A stretch of DNA of 64,000 bases from Isurus oxyrinchus (Eukaryota), in contig JANJGN010000019.1 in NCBI GenBank assembly GCA_026770705.1, positions 77,996,001-78,060,000 of the forward strand, read 5' to 3'. The first letter of the stretch is position 1; the number at the start of each line of letters is the position of its first letter. Below are positions 49,761 through 63,554 of this stretch, piece after piece. A program made the translations under genes and the position numbers. The notes under the pieces were generated by a model that was not told the DNA's origin, searched no databases, and saw only the letters and a list, made by a program, of their open reading frames with translations.

Positions 49761-50789
49761 GAAATTACTTAGTCAGACAGACTGACAGAATGTATTGTTG
49801 GATGTAGTTTTAGCATTGAACATGAATTTTGCTTGCACATCAACTTTGTTGCACCAGTCCAGTTAGGGTGGCGTTGTTTGGAGCAGATTAGGTGGCTTTC
49901 ATAAAATTAACTAACTGCTAATAATTTTCTACATGGTGGTTTGTCTTCTGGGACAGGCATTTTTTTTGTTGCTTTGTGCTGAGATGAAAGTCTCAATGCG
50001 ATAATATTTTAAGACCTATAGTAATTCTCACAACACACTGTCATTATTCTTCCAAAAAATAATTATAACATTCAAATACCAGAAATGAATTAGCACTGTT
50101 GCAATACCAGTGGCCAGGTATGCTCCTCACGTTTAGTTGGCTGAGATGTTAACTTTGCCAGAAATGTGACAGAAGCTCTGTTTGCACACACTAGCTGCCC
50201 ATGTTTCTGGGAGGTCAGCAGGATCAGCTACAAGGAAACTCTCAGCCTATTTGTATTTTAATGGAATTTCAGTTTGTTTTAATTATGTTATATTACATAG
50301 GAGTGTCACTCCTGTGGATATCTGTGTAGGGTGCTGTGAATTATTGAAGGCAATCATGAAGAGAAAAGGATGAGAGAAATCTAAGGAAATTTCATTTTAA
50401 CTGCACTATGAATATTTGCTAGCATCCTGTTTTGTTTCAGAAGCACAGTGTTTGAAAGAGATGTGATGGATTTTGATTTCAATCCAAGAATGATTGCTGA
50501 ACTTGTCAACACTTTTATGCTCTCTGGGTGTTGGGTGAACACTTTCCTCCATGCCCTTTTCTGTTGAAATTGCTTTTCATTTAAATACAGTGATTGAGAG
50601 GCATTTACAGAGATTGTTGAACACTAGCACTTTGGTTGGCCTGCATCTCCACGAATGAATGAATGGATGGAGCTTTTGCATTTTTCATTGACTCATGAAA
50701 GACGTCAAAAGATTTTAGATACTTTTATTGGCACTGTACTATTGTAGTGAGAGTAGTTTACTCCATCAATGGCATAATGGTGAAGACTT

Positions 50790-51115
50790 TGTCAGCTACT
50801 AATCCATATGGCCAGAAGGTTCCTGGTTCAATTTCTGGTCTGTGCCGAGTTAGTTGATTTCAGCTGAGGTGGCATACGGAATGCAACAATTGATCTCAAT
50901 ATTATTTTCCTCCCTAGCATCATGATTTCTACCTAAGTAATCATGTGTGAGGACAGGACCAGTCCCCACATCAGAGAGCCTATCATGTTCACCATCTAGA
51001 TTTAGACATGACGAATTGACAACTGGATGAGGTACTGGGGGGCTGCTGGTACCCATTGAAATAGTTTCCTGCAAGACTTAGTGCTTTCAGGAGAGGAGAG
51101 GTAAAAATTAGATTG
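50790..51115 (+). mobile_element. second tRNA-derived SINE family, decayed
   Basis: B box-like 'cctggttcaatttc'; related sequence at about 36810-37060. Confidence 0.45.
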
Positions 51116-52249
51116 AGGGAAAATGAAGAATCTGAAGTAAAGTGATTCTTCCTTACCCATCATTAAATTTCCTCTTCAGGATGTGAGTGAGAATAGCTTT
51201 GCACAAACTTTGACTCTCAAACTTTCATTTTGTTGCTTGTGAAGAAGTGCTGAGCATCTCCTCTGGGTAGCAGGGCTTAGAGTCTGTTGCAAGACTCCAC
51301 CCAATCAGCACCATCAGCAAAAATCTCCTTTAATTTTATATATTTGGTGTTTTTAAGATTGTATTGGTTTCAAGCCCTTAAAAGTATAAGTCCTGTTTAT
51401 TCATTACTGTCTTTAGGAGTAAGGACTGTGGATATGGGATGCCAGTGCTATGATATAAAACATCTGTCTGCTTTGACACCCAGTGGCCATGTCAAACTTT
51501 CCTGACTTGGATGCTTCGTAATCTTCGTGGAAGAGCATCCACTGATGCGACAGTTTCACCTTCCGCACTAGCTATCCTCATGGAAGAAGTGAGATGGGGT
51601 TACATGGCAACCAGTGTTCTGTGTTAGAAATCCATGATATTTTGAAATTGAAGAAAAACAGCAAAATCTCCTGGATAATGTTTGGAGTTTGGGACCATTT
51701 CCGGGCCTTGAAACTTCTCGGGCTAGTGATCCGCTGGCAAGTGAGATGTTCTGGGAAGTGCCTCTGTGTTTTCTGTACATTTAGGGTGGTGGGCAGAACA
51801 GGAATGTTGGAAGACCAACGGGAGGCCCACAAGAATGCGCTCCCACTGGGAGAGGTGAGCGGTACAGTGGAAGTGGGAACACTTCAAAATGGAGGCACTT
51901 GCAAAAAGTTCCAAAGTCAGCTTCAAAAAAGCATGGCACAAAACAGTGAGGGGACCTCAAAGTTCTGGGAGAATCTTTCCACAAGGCACCAGCCATGAGT
52001 GAACCTCTTTGAACCTTGCGGTTTCCTAATCCTGACATTTTATTCAGTCTCTGAGGGCCCTCCGACCTCCTGCCAAGAGGCTACCTCTGATGCATCACTG
52101 CGGTCCTGAGACAGCAGAGGACCCATTGACATGGGGGAAAATTCCATTAATATTAGAAAATGGCCCTTGATTGAGTTGTTAATTATGCTGAGAGTTTGGT
52201 CGCTTCATCACGTGAGTTACTGATTCCATTGGCAGCCTGTCCCTGGCCA

Positions 52250-52850
52250 AATGTACTTCAGCTGAGCTAACTGAGTGAATACTTGGAATTTGGCGAGAGG
52301 GAGAGTTTGGGGAAGGAGGTGTTTGTTTCCTTTTTCTATCTTTCTAACCTCATAGGAATTGATTCCCTTACAGGTAAATAGGTAAGTTCTATTCTATCCC
52401 TCAGGTTTAAAATAGTACAAAAATTGGTGGTAAAGTTAATTAAATATATTTAAAAAAACATAAATAAGTGATTCATATAATTAAGTGGTTATTTGATTCG
52501 CATTAAGGATGGCAGGATAGGTGATATGTCAAGGCTTCTGCATGTGGGAGCTCCTGCATAATGTTGTGATCCAGGGCAAGCACGTCTGCAGTAAGGGTTT
52601 GTGGCTTGAGGAGCTTCAGCTCTGAGTCATTGAGCTGGAGGCTGAGCTGCAGACTGTGCGACACATCAGGGAGGGGGAAAGTTACCTGGATGTTTTATAC
52701 CAGGAGGCAGTCACACTGCTTAGGGTTTTCTGATTTGGTCAGTGGCCAGGCACAGGTTGTGAGTGAGGCAGGAAAGGGGACCCAGAGGAGTGTCAGCCTC
52801 TGCAGTTGTCCAATAGGTTTGAGGTTCTCTCAGCTTGTTTGGATGAGAAC
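52250..52850 (+). mobile_element. CR1 5'UTR plus ORF1 N-terminus
   Basis: Homologous to 10130-10700: 'atggcaggataggtgatatgtc...gagctggaggctgagctgcagact'. Confidence 0.85.
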
Positions 52851-52869
52851 AGTATCACTACTCAGCAAC

Positions 52870-55002
52870 AATCTCCTCTCAGATGCCTAAGTTTGGATCC
52901 CTCCATGGTCACTTGGTGTCAAGAAAACAAGAAATTGTAATATTTTTCACCCGTTAATATTGCTGTCATTTTTCTTATGTACTAGAAGACAGGCGGCTGG
53001 TGTAATTGGAGTAAGAGCCAGAGTGACTGAAAGAGTCTAAAATCAACAGTAAGAAGTGATTTTGATATGTTAATGAACCAAGAGGAACTTGAATCAGAGT
53101 TTTACATAAAACAATAACAGGAGTGTTTTTGAATTGAGTTGTTTTAGTTCAAAGGAAGATATAAGCAGGTTGTAAAAGGTGCAAGTAAGGGAAAATAGGG
53201 TAGGTTTGTTTTTACAAGTCTAAGAGCTAGGATAACGAAACTTGTTTGATCAATTCTAGGAAGAAAGCATTTCTGAAGAGACTGGTTGGGACAATAGAGA
53301 AATCAAAGGGAAGGAATGCATTTAAGGAAATCCTGATGCCTAGGTGGTTGTAGCTGGTCAGATCTCCCAGAAGACAGTAGGGTAGCTGCTTAGATCTCCC
53401 AGAAGAAAGCAGGATAGCTGGGCAGAACTCCCAGAAGACAGTGTGAACAAGGCCAGACCTGAAGACCCAGTTGCTGTCAACCTCAGAGCACACCCCAAGG
53501 AAAAAAGGTACTGTGTGGTAAAAATTACTGGAATTCTATAGATTTTGCATAACACAAAAAGGGAAGGTTGACTTTAAGGGTAGTTAAGTTAAGATCTTGT
53601 GGAACTGTTTAAAGTACTGTTTACCGTGTAAAGCCATTCTTGTGTTTAAGTGTAATTGTGTTCTTTTTTCCTTTTATTCTTTTAATAAATGCTTACTGTG
53701 CTATAAAATCATCACAAGTAGTCGGGGACATCATTTCCTGATTTCAGAACCTCTCTTCATCCTGCACGAATTGCAAAAACCGTTTTGGTGGCTGTTTCAA
53801 GTTTCCCCCTGGCATTTGGGCAACTCAGCATTTACTCTCAACCATACCATAACATTGGCTCCAGACCTCTTTACAGCCTTGGTTCTAACATAGCAAAAAT
53901 AGCTGACTTCCAGAGGTGGGGTGAGAGTGACTACCCTTATTATCAAGGCAGCATTTGACTGAGTGTGGCATCAAGCAGCCCTTGTAAAATTGAAGTCAAT
54001 GGAAATTAAAGGGAGCACTCTCCACTGATTGGGGTCATACCTAGCACAAAGGAAGATGATTGCGGCTGTTGGAGGTCCATCACCTTAGTCCCGGGACATC
54101 CTGCAGGAGTTTCTTAGGCAAGTGTCCTAAGCCCAACCATCTTCAGCTGTTTCTTCAGTGACCCTTCCCACTAACATAATGTTAGAAGTGAGGGATGTTC
54201 ACTAATGATTGCAGTGTTCAGTAACATTCTTGACCTTTCAGATACTAAAGCAGGCTGTGCTCACGTTGCAGCAAGACCCAAACCGCATTCAGGCTTGAAC
54301 TGATAAATGGCAAGTAACATCGTGCCACCCAAATACCAGGCCACTGACCATCTCCAACAAGGGAGAATTCTCCACCATCAATATCGGTTGGGGGGATGGG
54401 GTGTTGTTACCATTGACCAGTAACATAACTGGACCAGCCATAAAATTCTGTGGAAAGTTACTCACCACCTGACTCCCAAAAGCTTGTCCAACACGCATAA
54501 GGCACAAGTCAGGAGTGTAATGAAATACTCTTCACTTGGAGCTTGACAACATCCAAAACAAAGAAACTTGCTTAATTGGCACTCCATCCACCACCTTAAA
54601 CATTCACTCTCTCCACTGCTGATGCACAGTGGCAGCAGTGTGTACTATTTACAAAATGCACTGCAGCAATTCACCAAGCTACCTCCGACAATACCTTCCA
54701 AACTCGTGAACTCTACCATGTAGGACAACAGGGAGAGCAGACACATGGGAACATCATCACCTGCAAACTCCCCTCCAAGCCCCCCACCATCATGACTTGG
54801 AAATGTATCGCCATTCCTTCACTTTGCTAGGTAAAAATCTTGGAATTCCCTCCCTAAAAGCATTGTGGGTGTACTGACACTACATGGACTGCAATGATTC
54901 AAGAAAGCAGCTCACTATCACCTCCCCAAAGGCAATTCAGGATGGACAATAAATGCTGGCCTTGCCAGCATCACTTACATCCCAAGAACAGATAAAAAAA
55001 AA
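52870..55002 (+). mobile_element. poly(A)-tailed LINE 3' part (family of 44835-45689) interrupted by a solo LTR
   Basis: RT motifs and 3' end 'aataaatgctggccttgccagc...aaaaaaaa'. Confidence 0.8.
53001..53854 (+). mobile_element. solo LTR, 854 bp
   Basis: TGTA...TAACA termini, TSD ctgg/ttgg, AATAAA near 53684, internal tandem repeats of about 32 bp at 53345-53470. Confidence 0.75.
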
Positions 55003-55103
55003 TAGCAATCTTTAAGTAGAGTTGTTGTGATCTGAACTGGAATGCACTGCCTGTAAAGGTCATGGAAGCAGATTCAATAATAACTTTCAACGGGGAACTG
55101 GAT

Positions 55104-56076
55104 AATGGTTTTACAACAGTAGAAGAGCTCTGCTCTTTCACCGATTCCATTAAACAGCTAGCTACAAACCACATCTGTTCCAAACATCGAGCACACCAAC
55201 AAAAGGAAATTGTAGAGAGCTGTGGGAAAGAGTGGGATAGCTCCCTCAAAGAGTAAAATGACCTCCTGTGCTGTAAGATTCTATGATTCTAACTTGCAGC
55301 TCTTGATGTTTTATTGACCTGTTGCCAGTTGCCTGTTGGAGATGTTGTATAACAAACTGTTGGGAGATTTGTGAAGGTGGCCTGGAATAACTTGTTTGCC
55401 CCTTCCCATTTCCCTTCCTGAGCTTTGATATTTTGTCTTATTGGCAGCAGATATCACGAATATAGTAAAGATGCAAACCCATATGTCTCTGTTGAAAACC
55501 TTCCTTAAATTCAGTTTCCTCAATAGCCTGTTCCAGCATGATAATAGTATTGTGTTGAGTGCAATTTGCTTTGTTCTTAAGTAATGTATCATTACTGGTA
55601 GGTAGAAAGTCAGAGCTTACAAATACTGTTAAAAGAATTAGTTACTTGTGGCCACGTTACCTCTGAAGGAAAGTTTTACCCATAACAATATTTACACCAT
55701 GTCATACATATCAGCAAGATTATTAAAACTTTGCAGAGATTTCATTTTTATACCTCAATATTGACAATATTTTCCTAGTTGGATACTTTTTAGAGCCTTG
55801 GAGCACCTTTTTTATTTTGAATCTGGCTAGTATTTTGCATATAATTCCTTCTAGCCACCCATGCACCTCAAAATTAAGATTGTGATCCACAAGAGTGATC
55901 ACTCTAAGCTTCATTTCTGCACCAAATTTGGTCTGCTTTAGTTGTGAACATAAAATTACTCAGTATTTGTGATGCTTTTGTTGGTGTGCTCAATGTTTGG
56001 AACAGATGTGGTTTGTAGCCAGCTGTTTAATGGGATCGGTGAAAGAGCAGAGCTCTTCTACTGTTGTAAAACCATT
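55104..56076. repeat. 102-bp inverted repeat pair (55104-55205 and 55975-56076)
   Basis: 3 mismatches in 102 bp; the left copy sits inside a CR1 3'UTR fragment (55015-55290). Confidence 0.92.
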
Positions 56077-58059
56077 TATAAAACGTTTCATGGCTGTTCT
56101 TTGCAATATAAATTTACCCATCTTGCAAGTGGGAGACTTAAAACAAATCTCCAGCATATGTCAATTCAAGCATTGCCTCTTCAGCCTATCTGCTGCTCTC
56201 TAGTTTCCCCCATTTGTTTTCAGTAATTTCTTTTGCTACCCAGAGGCTAGGAGTTTGGGTTCATGTCTGGGGCTGTCATGACTCGGGAACATCAGCTGGG
56301 GAAAGTCAGATTGCTCCATCATGGGCAACTAAGTGGAGCAATAAATGTTACTGACATCAGAACATTATGGGTGGAATTTTCTGGTCCCGCTAGTGGTGAG
56401 AGTTGTGGTGGGTGGGAGCTGAAAATTTGGAATGAGGCAAAAAGTCAAATTTCTGTCAGTGGGAAAACAAGTTGAAATTTTCCCCTCAGCTCTTTCACAG
56501 TGGCCTAATGGTGGGTCAACTTTCCCTGTGGTCCATGTTGGGAACCCTATTTGCATGCACTTACATGTCGTGAATGCTTATTGAAAACACAACGCACCGG
56601 AATCACGTTTTCCCTCCTAATTACGTGCCATGGCAGCGGGAAATTAAACCGGTGTGATTAACGCCCAGATATAAGTGACATGCACCTGCCAACCTTGGCT
56701 TCACTTGTAACTTACAGATGCGTGCAACTTTGAAAGTCTACCAGCAACAATGCTGCCATGACTTGTCACAGCTGCCAAAGCTGCGCTCTCAGGCAAAACA
56801 TGGGGTTCACACTGGATGCTGCAGGGCACAGGCAGGGCTGTACTCTAGCAGCAGAGATCAGCATGGGGACAGTGGGATGGGGGGAATAGGCAGAGGGAAC
56901 AGTAGACGGAGTGGGGGGATGGTTGGCAGAGGGATGACTGGGGGTGGGTGGGGAAGTTGGAGCCCAACATGGAACGGATGTATACAGATTTGGGTGGGGA
57001 TGGGCGGGTGCGTGTGGCACAAGTGGGAGGGGGTGCATGTAGACTCTGGACTAGGGGCAGGGGGTTTTGTGTTGCACAAGAGGGGAGGGCTTCACACAGA
57101 CTAGTGACTGGAGGAGGTTAGGGTTGCACAAGAGGGGAAGGGGTACACAGAGACTCATGACTGGTTGGGGGAAGGTGGTGGGTGGGTGAGCCCTGAAGGA
57201 AATGGGGGGATGAGTGTCAGACAGTTATAGTCCTGGGACTGAGGCCCAGTGGTTGGGGTGAGAAATTAACGGCAGCCTTGATGATCTGAGGACCACATTG
57301 TCAAGGTGAGAGATTAAAGGCCATCTGGGGCTTAGCTGGCCACGATACAGGGCTGTGCATGACATGAACATCATGGTCCTGGCCCAGTGCTCTGTCAGGG
57401 TCGTGAACAGCATGGTATGCAGGGCCTGGTCAATGCCTCACATGGTGGTCATGGAGGTGGCTGGCTTGCTACTGGGCTGCAGATAGAATAGTCATGGACA
57501 GGGGAGGCATCTGCAGCCTCTAAATGGGGAAATTTAATGGGGGAGTTGTGACTCGAAGCTGTCATGGTGGAGGGTGGATGTGGTGGGGATTGTCACCGTA
57601 CACACAGCCTCAAGATGGTGAGGCATGAGGTCCACATGGGGCAAGGGGACATCCCATAATGATGTGTTTGGGGGAGGGCATAAATGCCCACAACAATTGC
57701 AATGGGTTCCAAGGTTACTGGGATAGGCTGGAGAATAACCAGAGCAAGGTCTATCTGCACACCATGGGGTTCCAGGATGATTGGAGAGATGTGAACAATG
57801 ACAGGGGGAGGGGTCAAAGCTGGCCTGGAAGTAGAAGTGCAGCACCACCATGATGAGACCCTGAATCAATGACCCAATTTTAAACTGGAAAAAATCGCAA
57901 TGGAAAGGGCCTAAGGCAGTATGGGAGGAGCCCATGGCTGATCTCCAGGGCCCGGCGCCATCCAGCACAGCTCCGAGAGGAGTTATGGCCTGAGGTCCAT
58001 TGTCCAGGGGTGTCTGGGAACACCCAGAGGCTGAGGAAGTCAGACCCATCCCACGGATG

Positions 58060-60720
58060 GGACTGGCTCGACCAAGGATATAATGAAGATGCCTCCTATT
58101 TGGAGATTAGTGAGAGGCTGTGCACGTCTGCGTTTGCCAAGAGAAGTGGTGGCTAATATCTGCCATGTTCTGCAGGAAGATCTGACGCCGCATGGATAGA
58201 AGCCAGTGCACCTGAAGGTCATCATCGCACTCAATTTCTTTGCAACCAGGTAGCTCCAGGGATCCACATGGGACCTATGTGATGTACCTCAGGCCTCAAC
58301 ACACAAACGTATAAGGAAGGTGACAGATGCCCCCACAGTAAGGCTCAACATTATATAAAGTTCGTAATACAAAGAATAGATCAATAGAGATGCAGTGGTG
58401 GACATTTAAGGGGCTATTTCAGGATACACAGAATTGATGCATTCCAAGGGGAGGACCCACCATCCGTGGTTAACTAAAAAAATTACCGATAGTTTCAAAC
58501 TTAAAGGAAAAGCATATAATAATACAGAGATGGGTGGCTGGTCAGAAGATTGGATTGAATATTTAAAAAAAAACAAAGAATGACCAAAAGATTGATAAGG
58601 AAGGAAAAATTAGAGTAGAAGAGAAAGCTAGCTAGAAATATAAAGATAGATGGTAAAATTTTCTAAAGATGTTTAAAAAAGAAAAGTTAACAAAGTGAGA
58701 GTTGGTCCTATACAAAGTGAACCTGCGGAATTAATAATGGAAAATAAAGAGATGGCAGATGAATTGGATAGGTATTTTATATTGGCCTTCGCCGTAGAGG
58801 ATACAAATAACATCCCAGAAACAGCTGTAAATTGGGAAATGGAAAGGAGGGAAGAACTCAGGAAAATTACAATCACCAGGGAAGTGGTACTGAGAAAATT
58901 GTTGAAGCTGCAGACTGACAAGCCCCTAGGTCCTAATAGACTTCATTCTAGGGTCTTAAAAGAAGTGATTGGTGAGATAGTTGATGCATTGGTTTTAATT
59001 TTCCAAAATTCCATTGATTCTGGGAAGGTTCTATTATATTGCAAAATAGTGCATGTATCTCCTTTATTCAAAATGGGTGGGAGACAGAAAGCAGGAAACG
59101 ACAGGTCTGTTCGCTTAACATCTGTCATAGGAAAAATGTTAGAAGCTATTATTAAAGATGATACAAAAGGGCACTTGGGAAAAATTTAGGGTAATCAGGA
59201 AAATCGTGTTTCCCCAATTTATTGGAGTTCTTTGAAGACCTAACATATGCTGTGGATAAAGGCATTTGATAAAGTGCTACGTCAAAGGTTATTGTGGAAA
59301 ATAAAAGCTCATGGTGTAGGGAGTAACATATTGGCATGGATAGAAGATTGACTAGCTAACAAGAAATAGGGTATGCATAAATGGATTTTTTTCAGTTTGG
59401 CAAGATGTAACAAGTGTGTGCCACAGGAATTGGTGCTGGGGCCTCAACTTTTTCCAATTTATATAAATGACTTGGATGAAGGGAGTGAAGGTACGGTTGC
59501 TAAATTTGCTGTTGTCAGAAAGATAGGTAGAATAGTAAGATGTGAAGAGGACACCAGGAGGCTACAAAGGTATACAGTTAGGTTAAAGTGTATCAGTAAA
59601 GATCTGGCAAATGGAGTATAATGTGGGCAAATGTGAAATAGTCCACTATGGCAGGAAAAATTAAAAAGAAGCATATCTAAAGATGCAGAGGGATCTAGGG
59701 GTCCTAGTGCATGAATCACAACAAGCCAGTATGCAGGTACAGCAAGTAATTAGGAAAGCTGATAGAATGTTATTGTTTATTGCAAGGGGAATTGAATACA
59801 AAAGTCGGGAAGTTATAATTCAGTACAGAGCATTTGTGTGACCTCATCTGCAGTACTGCGTACGGTATTGGTCTCCATATTTAAGGAAGGATGCAAATGC
59901 GTTGGAAACAGTTCAGAAAAGGCTTACTGAACTCATACCTGGATTGGGCAGGTTGTCTTGTGAGGAAAGGTTGGACAGGCTAGACTTGTATCCGCTGGCG
60001 ACTTGATTGAAATCTTTAAGATCCTGAGGGGTCTTGATAGGATTGGTGTGGAGTGGATGTTTCCTCTTGTTGGAGAAACTAGTACTTGGGACCACTTTTT
60101 AAAAATGAGGGGTCACCCGTTTAGGGCAGAGATGAGGAGAAAAAAATTTCTGAGGTTTGAGAGTCTTTGGAACTCTCTCCCTGAAAAAGCATTGGAAGCA
60201 GAGTCTTTGAATATTTTTAAGGCAGAGGTAGATTCTTGATGAGCAAGGGGTGAAACATTGTTGGAGGTAGACGGGAATGTGGAGTTGAGGTTACAATCAG
60301 ATCAGTCATGGTCTCACCAAATGGTGGAGCAGGCTCGAAGGGCCGAGCGGCATACTACTGCTCCTAATTCGTATGTTCGTATTTATGCACGTATGGTGCA
60401 CTCTGACAGCTTCCATCATTAAACAAAACCATTAAGATCCTGAAGATGCACTTCCATTGTTTATACTATTCAAGGTAGGGCTCTGCAGTACTCTTCAGAA
60501 AGGGTGTCCCACATCATCATGGTTTGTTGCGCCCTGCACAACCTGGCACTTCAAAGGGGAGATCACTTGCCACAGGGATACATGGAGGAAGCAGAGACTT
60601 CCTCAGACAAGGAGGACTTGGAAAGCAGGAACCTGAGTAGGGTGATGATGGTCAGCTTCAATGTGAGGATGCCATCGCAGCGGCAAGATGCGGAAGATGT
60701 GCCCACGACACACTGATAGC
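58060..60720 (+). pseudogene. Harbinger transposase remnant split by CR1
   Basis: RLRLPREVVANICHVLQEDL..LKVIIALNFFAT..QGST.DLC..QASTHKRIRKVTDA (58120-58330); SHIIMVCCALHNLALQRG (60504 onward). Confidence 0.85.
58370..60385 (+). mobile_element. CR1 LINE, 5'-truncated, same family as 5992-10899
   Basis: ORF 58695-59189 is close to 7530-7949; (tatgttcg)n tail. Confidence 0.92.
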
Positions 60721-61402
60721 CGCAAGCTCCAGCAAGAGTAAGGTCCAGGCAAAGGGGCCCGAGCACATTTCTCCTGTCCCTTAGTGCCATGTCAGTGATT
60801 GGAAAGGCCTTTACAAGCAGTGACATCTCAAGCAGGGTCAGCATTTGGCCTTGGACCTGTAACCCCTGAGAATCCTGAAGCCCTCATTCTTGGAAAAGTC
60901 AGCACCCATAGCTGCATATACCCAGTGTGGGAGGTGAAAGACAGCACACCAGCATGCATCCTGCGGCAACTGCACATTGTACAGTTGTTGCTACCCAAAG
61001 GAGACACTTTCAGCAGCCAGAGAGATTTTCACATGGTTGTAGAGACCGTAATGGCTCCAGGTCATGTGTTTTCACACTCGCAATGAACACCGCTCATTGT
61101 TGATAAATCAAGCTTACATTCAACCCTCCAGTACATGAGCACACAATATCTGTGGTGTATTGCTAGGTTTAACGGATCAAATCTCAATGTGCAGACATTT
61201 TCAGGACATGGCTTGACATACCTCCCTTCCATGACACAAGGGGTGAGAGACCAACATGAGTCTGCTAAACATCACATGACTCTGAAGCACACAAAGGGAG
61301 GCAACCATGGAGTGGTAGCTTGGGTCATCCTTGCAATAAGAGGGCACATAGGTTCATATGCAAGAAGCATTCACAAGATCAGACCATTATCATGAACTCC
61401 AA

Positions 61403-61517
61403 GGTGGAATTTTACGTCTGTGAGATTGTACGGTTTCGCTGAAGTCAGCAGAGCTTTGAATGGCTTGCTGAATTTTATGGCCCCGCCCTAGGCGCAATGG
61501 GGCATAAAATTCCACCC
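61403..61517. mobile_element. 115-bp Harbinger MITE nested in Harbinger 2
   Basis: TIRs ggtggaatttta and taaaattccacc(c); TSD CAA. Confidence 0.8.
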
Positions 61518-61574
61518 CAAACATATTTACAAAAATGCATGGTATATACAGCGAGTGAACCCTCGTGCTCTCAG

Positions 61575-63135
61575 TATTTCTTAATTTTTCTCACTCTACC
61601 GCTACGTCTAAGTGCATCCTTGACATCCACAACAGAGGTGCAGGCAGCCTGTTGACTACTATGCCCTGTTGTCTATGATGACCTTGGAGGGCAGAGGCTT
61701 GGAGGGCCCTGGCCTGCTTTGGGCCTCCTGCAGGTGCATGTGCACCCTCCTTGGCTTGCGAATCTAGAGTTGATGGGGTCGCAGGCAGAAGGGATTGTGT
61801 GTGGCTGGCCACTCTCGAATTCTCCTGAGTAGATGGCCCTACGGTGTCCAGCTGATGGTCCTCCTCCCTTTGGGTGCCTGAGGGCCCCTGCCTGATTCCT
61901 TGAGCAGAAGGGGCACCTGGAGGAATGTCTAGATGCCCTACCCCCTCTTCCCTAGCTACTGACGAATCACACCTGTGCCTAGAGCGATGGGGTGCAGGTC
62001 TGAGTGCCAATCCGGCAGAAGTTGCTGGACCAAGGTCTCCAAGGTGGATGCCACTTTTCCCCTGGTGACCTTGATGCGTTCGCATGCCAGAGAGCTATGA
62101 CATCAGACATATCACAGCCGGACTCCTCCGTCCTAGTTCTAGCCTGTTCACTGCCTCTTACAACTCTGCCTGATGTTCTGCTACCTGCCTTTGCAACTCC
62201 AACATGTGTGCCACGGCCGTTTCCAGAGGTTCATCATCTGACTCTGACTCAAAAGGTGCCTGTTTTCCAGAGGTTCTGCAAGTGCCAGAGATCTGGGCTG
62301 TCACTGCCTCTGACTGCCGTGCAGGCCTGTCAATGAGGTGTCCTCCAGAAAGTGACCCTGAGCCTAATCTAGATCTAGCCCGCAAGGTGCATGTCTGTGC
62401 TGGTGGAGGATGCTGGTGAACAGGTCTTCATTGATTGGTTCCTCATCTGAGATGAGCTGGGGCTTGGGAATGATGGGCTTGCTGGACCTGTATCTGGGCC
62501 TGCTGGTGCTTGTAGGAGAGAGAAGATGGATTTAGGAAGTAACAGTGTGTAGGCAGAATGCATCATTGCATGTCACTCACTATGAATGTCAAGGTGTGAT
62601 CAACTAATGGAGGGTGCATCCATACTGGGGATGCTAATCTTGCCTTCGCAATGGGAGCAATCCCTGTCCTTCCTGCTAACTCGGCTGCCTCCTCCTTTAG
62701 GAGAATGAGTTCCTGGATGTCCGCCATCCCTCCTCTGGGATTTCAAGATGTTGTTTGTGCAGCATGATAGATGAGATAGTGGTGATAATGTATGTGAGAC
62801 AGTCAGTGCTGATGTCTCCTCCGCTAATATTGTGAAAGATCCCTGAGGAGTGTAACTCTTTGGTTGCCTGATGTGATTATGAGAGTGCATGTTTGGAGTG
62901 AACAGAAGATTGACTTACCTGGCGGAGTGGATTAGATCATTCATCCCCTTCCTGCACTACAGGGCCTTTCTTTTTTGGGTGGCAACCCTCCCAGGCCAGG
63001 TGAGGTTGGTGGACTTCCTGGTTCCATCCCTTAGGAAGAGGACATCACACCATTTGTGGACTGTGTTGAGGAGAGCCACCAGGGGGAGTCGTGACTGAAC
63101 CTAGGGGCACATGACTTCTTTCTCCTAGGGGTCAT
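61575..63135 (-). pseudogene. Harbinger Myb/SANT-like accessory gene remnant
   Basis: MTPRRKKSCAPRFS..RKGMNDLIHSAR|gtaagt (donor at 62918, same position as in element 1); 'ESESDDEPLETAVAHMLELQRQVAEHQAEL'. Confidence 0.8.
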
Positions 63136-63554
63136 CTCAGGAAATCCAGACCACACAGCTGGGCTGCAGAGAGTGAATGTGTGTGTTTGGCTGGTGTTTA
63201 AATATGGTACCAGGATCTTTGACCCCATTAAGTGATGGTGGGGCAGACAAATTGGTGCCTGCCCTGCCATGTGATTTGGAGAGCAGGTCACCAGTGCATA
63301 CAATCAGGTTGCAAACATACACTCGGGCGTGAGAACCTGCCCTGTCGTCCAGCAGGAAATGCATTGCTTATACTGCCTGCCACCAAACTTAGTCTCCAGA
63401 ATGGAAATTTCCAGCCTATATGCCATAGAATACAATATACAAGGAAGTTTGATGCAAAAAGTCTAGATAGAAAGGAACTAAGTTTGATCCACAATAAGAA
63501 TAAATTCATTCGTCACCACAACCTTGGCAGCTATTTAGTTATTCAGTTATTTAG

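Larger units (their letters stand above)
56369..63416. mobile_element. PIF/Harbinger DNA transposon 2 (complete ends, decayed, with nested CR1 and MITE)
   Basis: Ends gggtggaattttct and ggaaatttccagcc; TSD TAT (56366-68, 63417-19). Confidence 0.85.

Noticed and set aside
53345-53470. CRISPR-like spaced repeats
   Set aside because: Degenerate tandem repeats of about 32 bp with no unique spacers, inside a eukaryotic solo LTR.
56718-58049. Gly/Pro-rich ORFs as protein genes
   Set aside because: Low-complexity G-rich interior of Harbinger 2; the ORFs have no recognisable domains.
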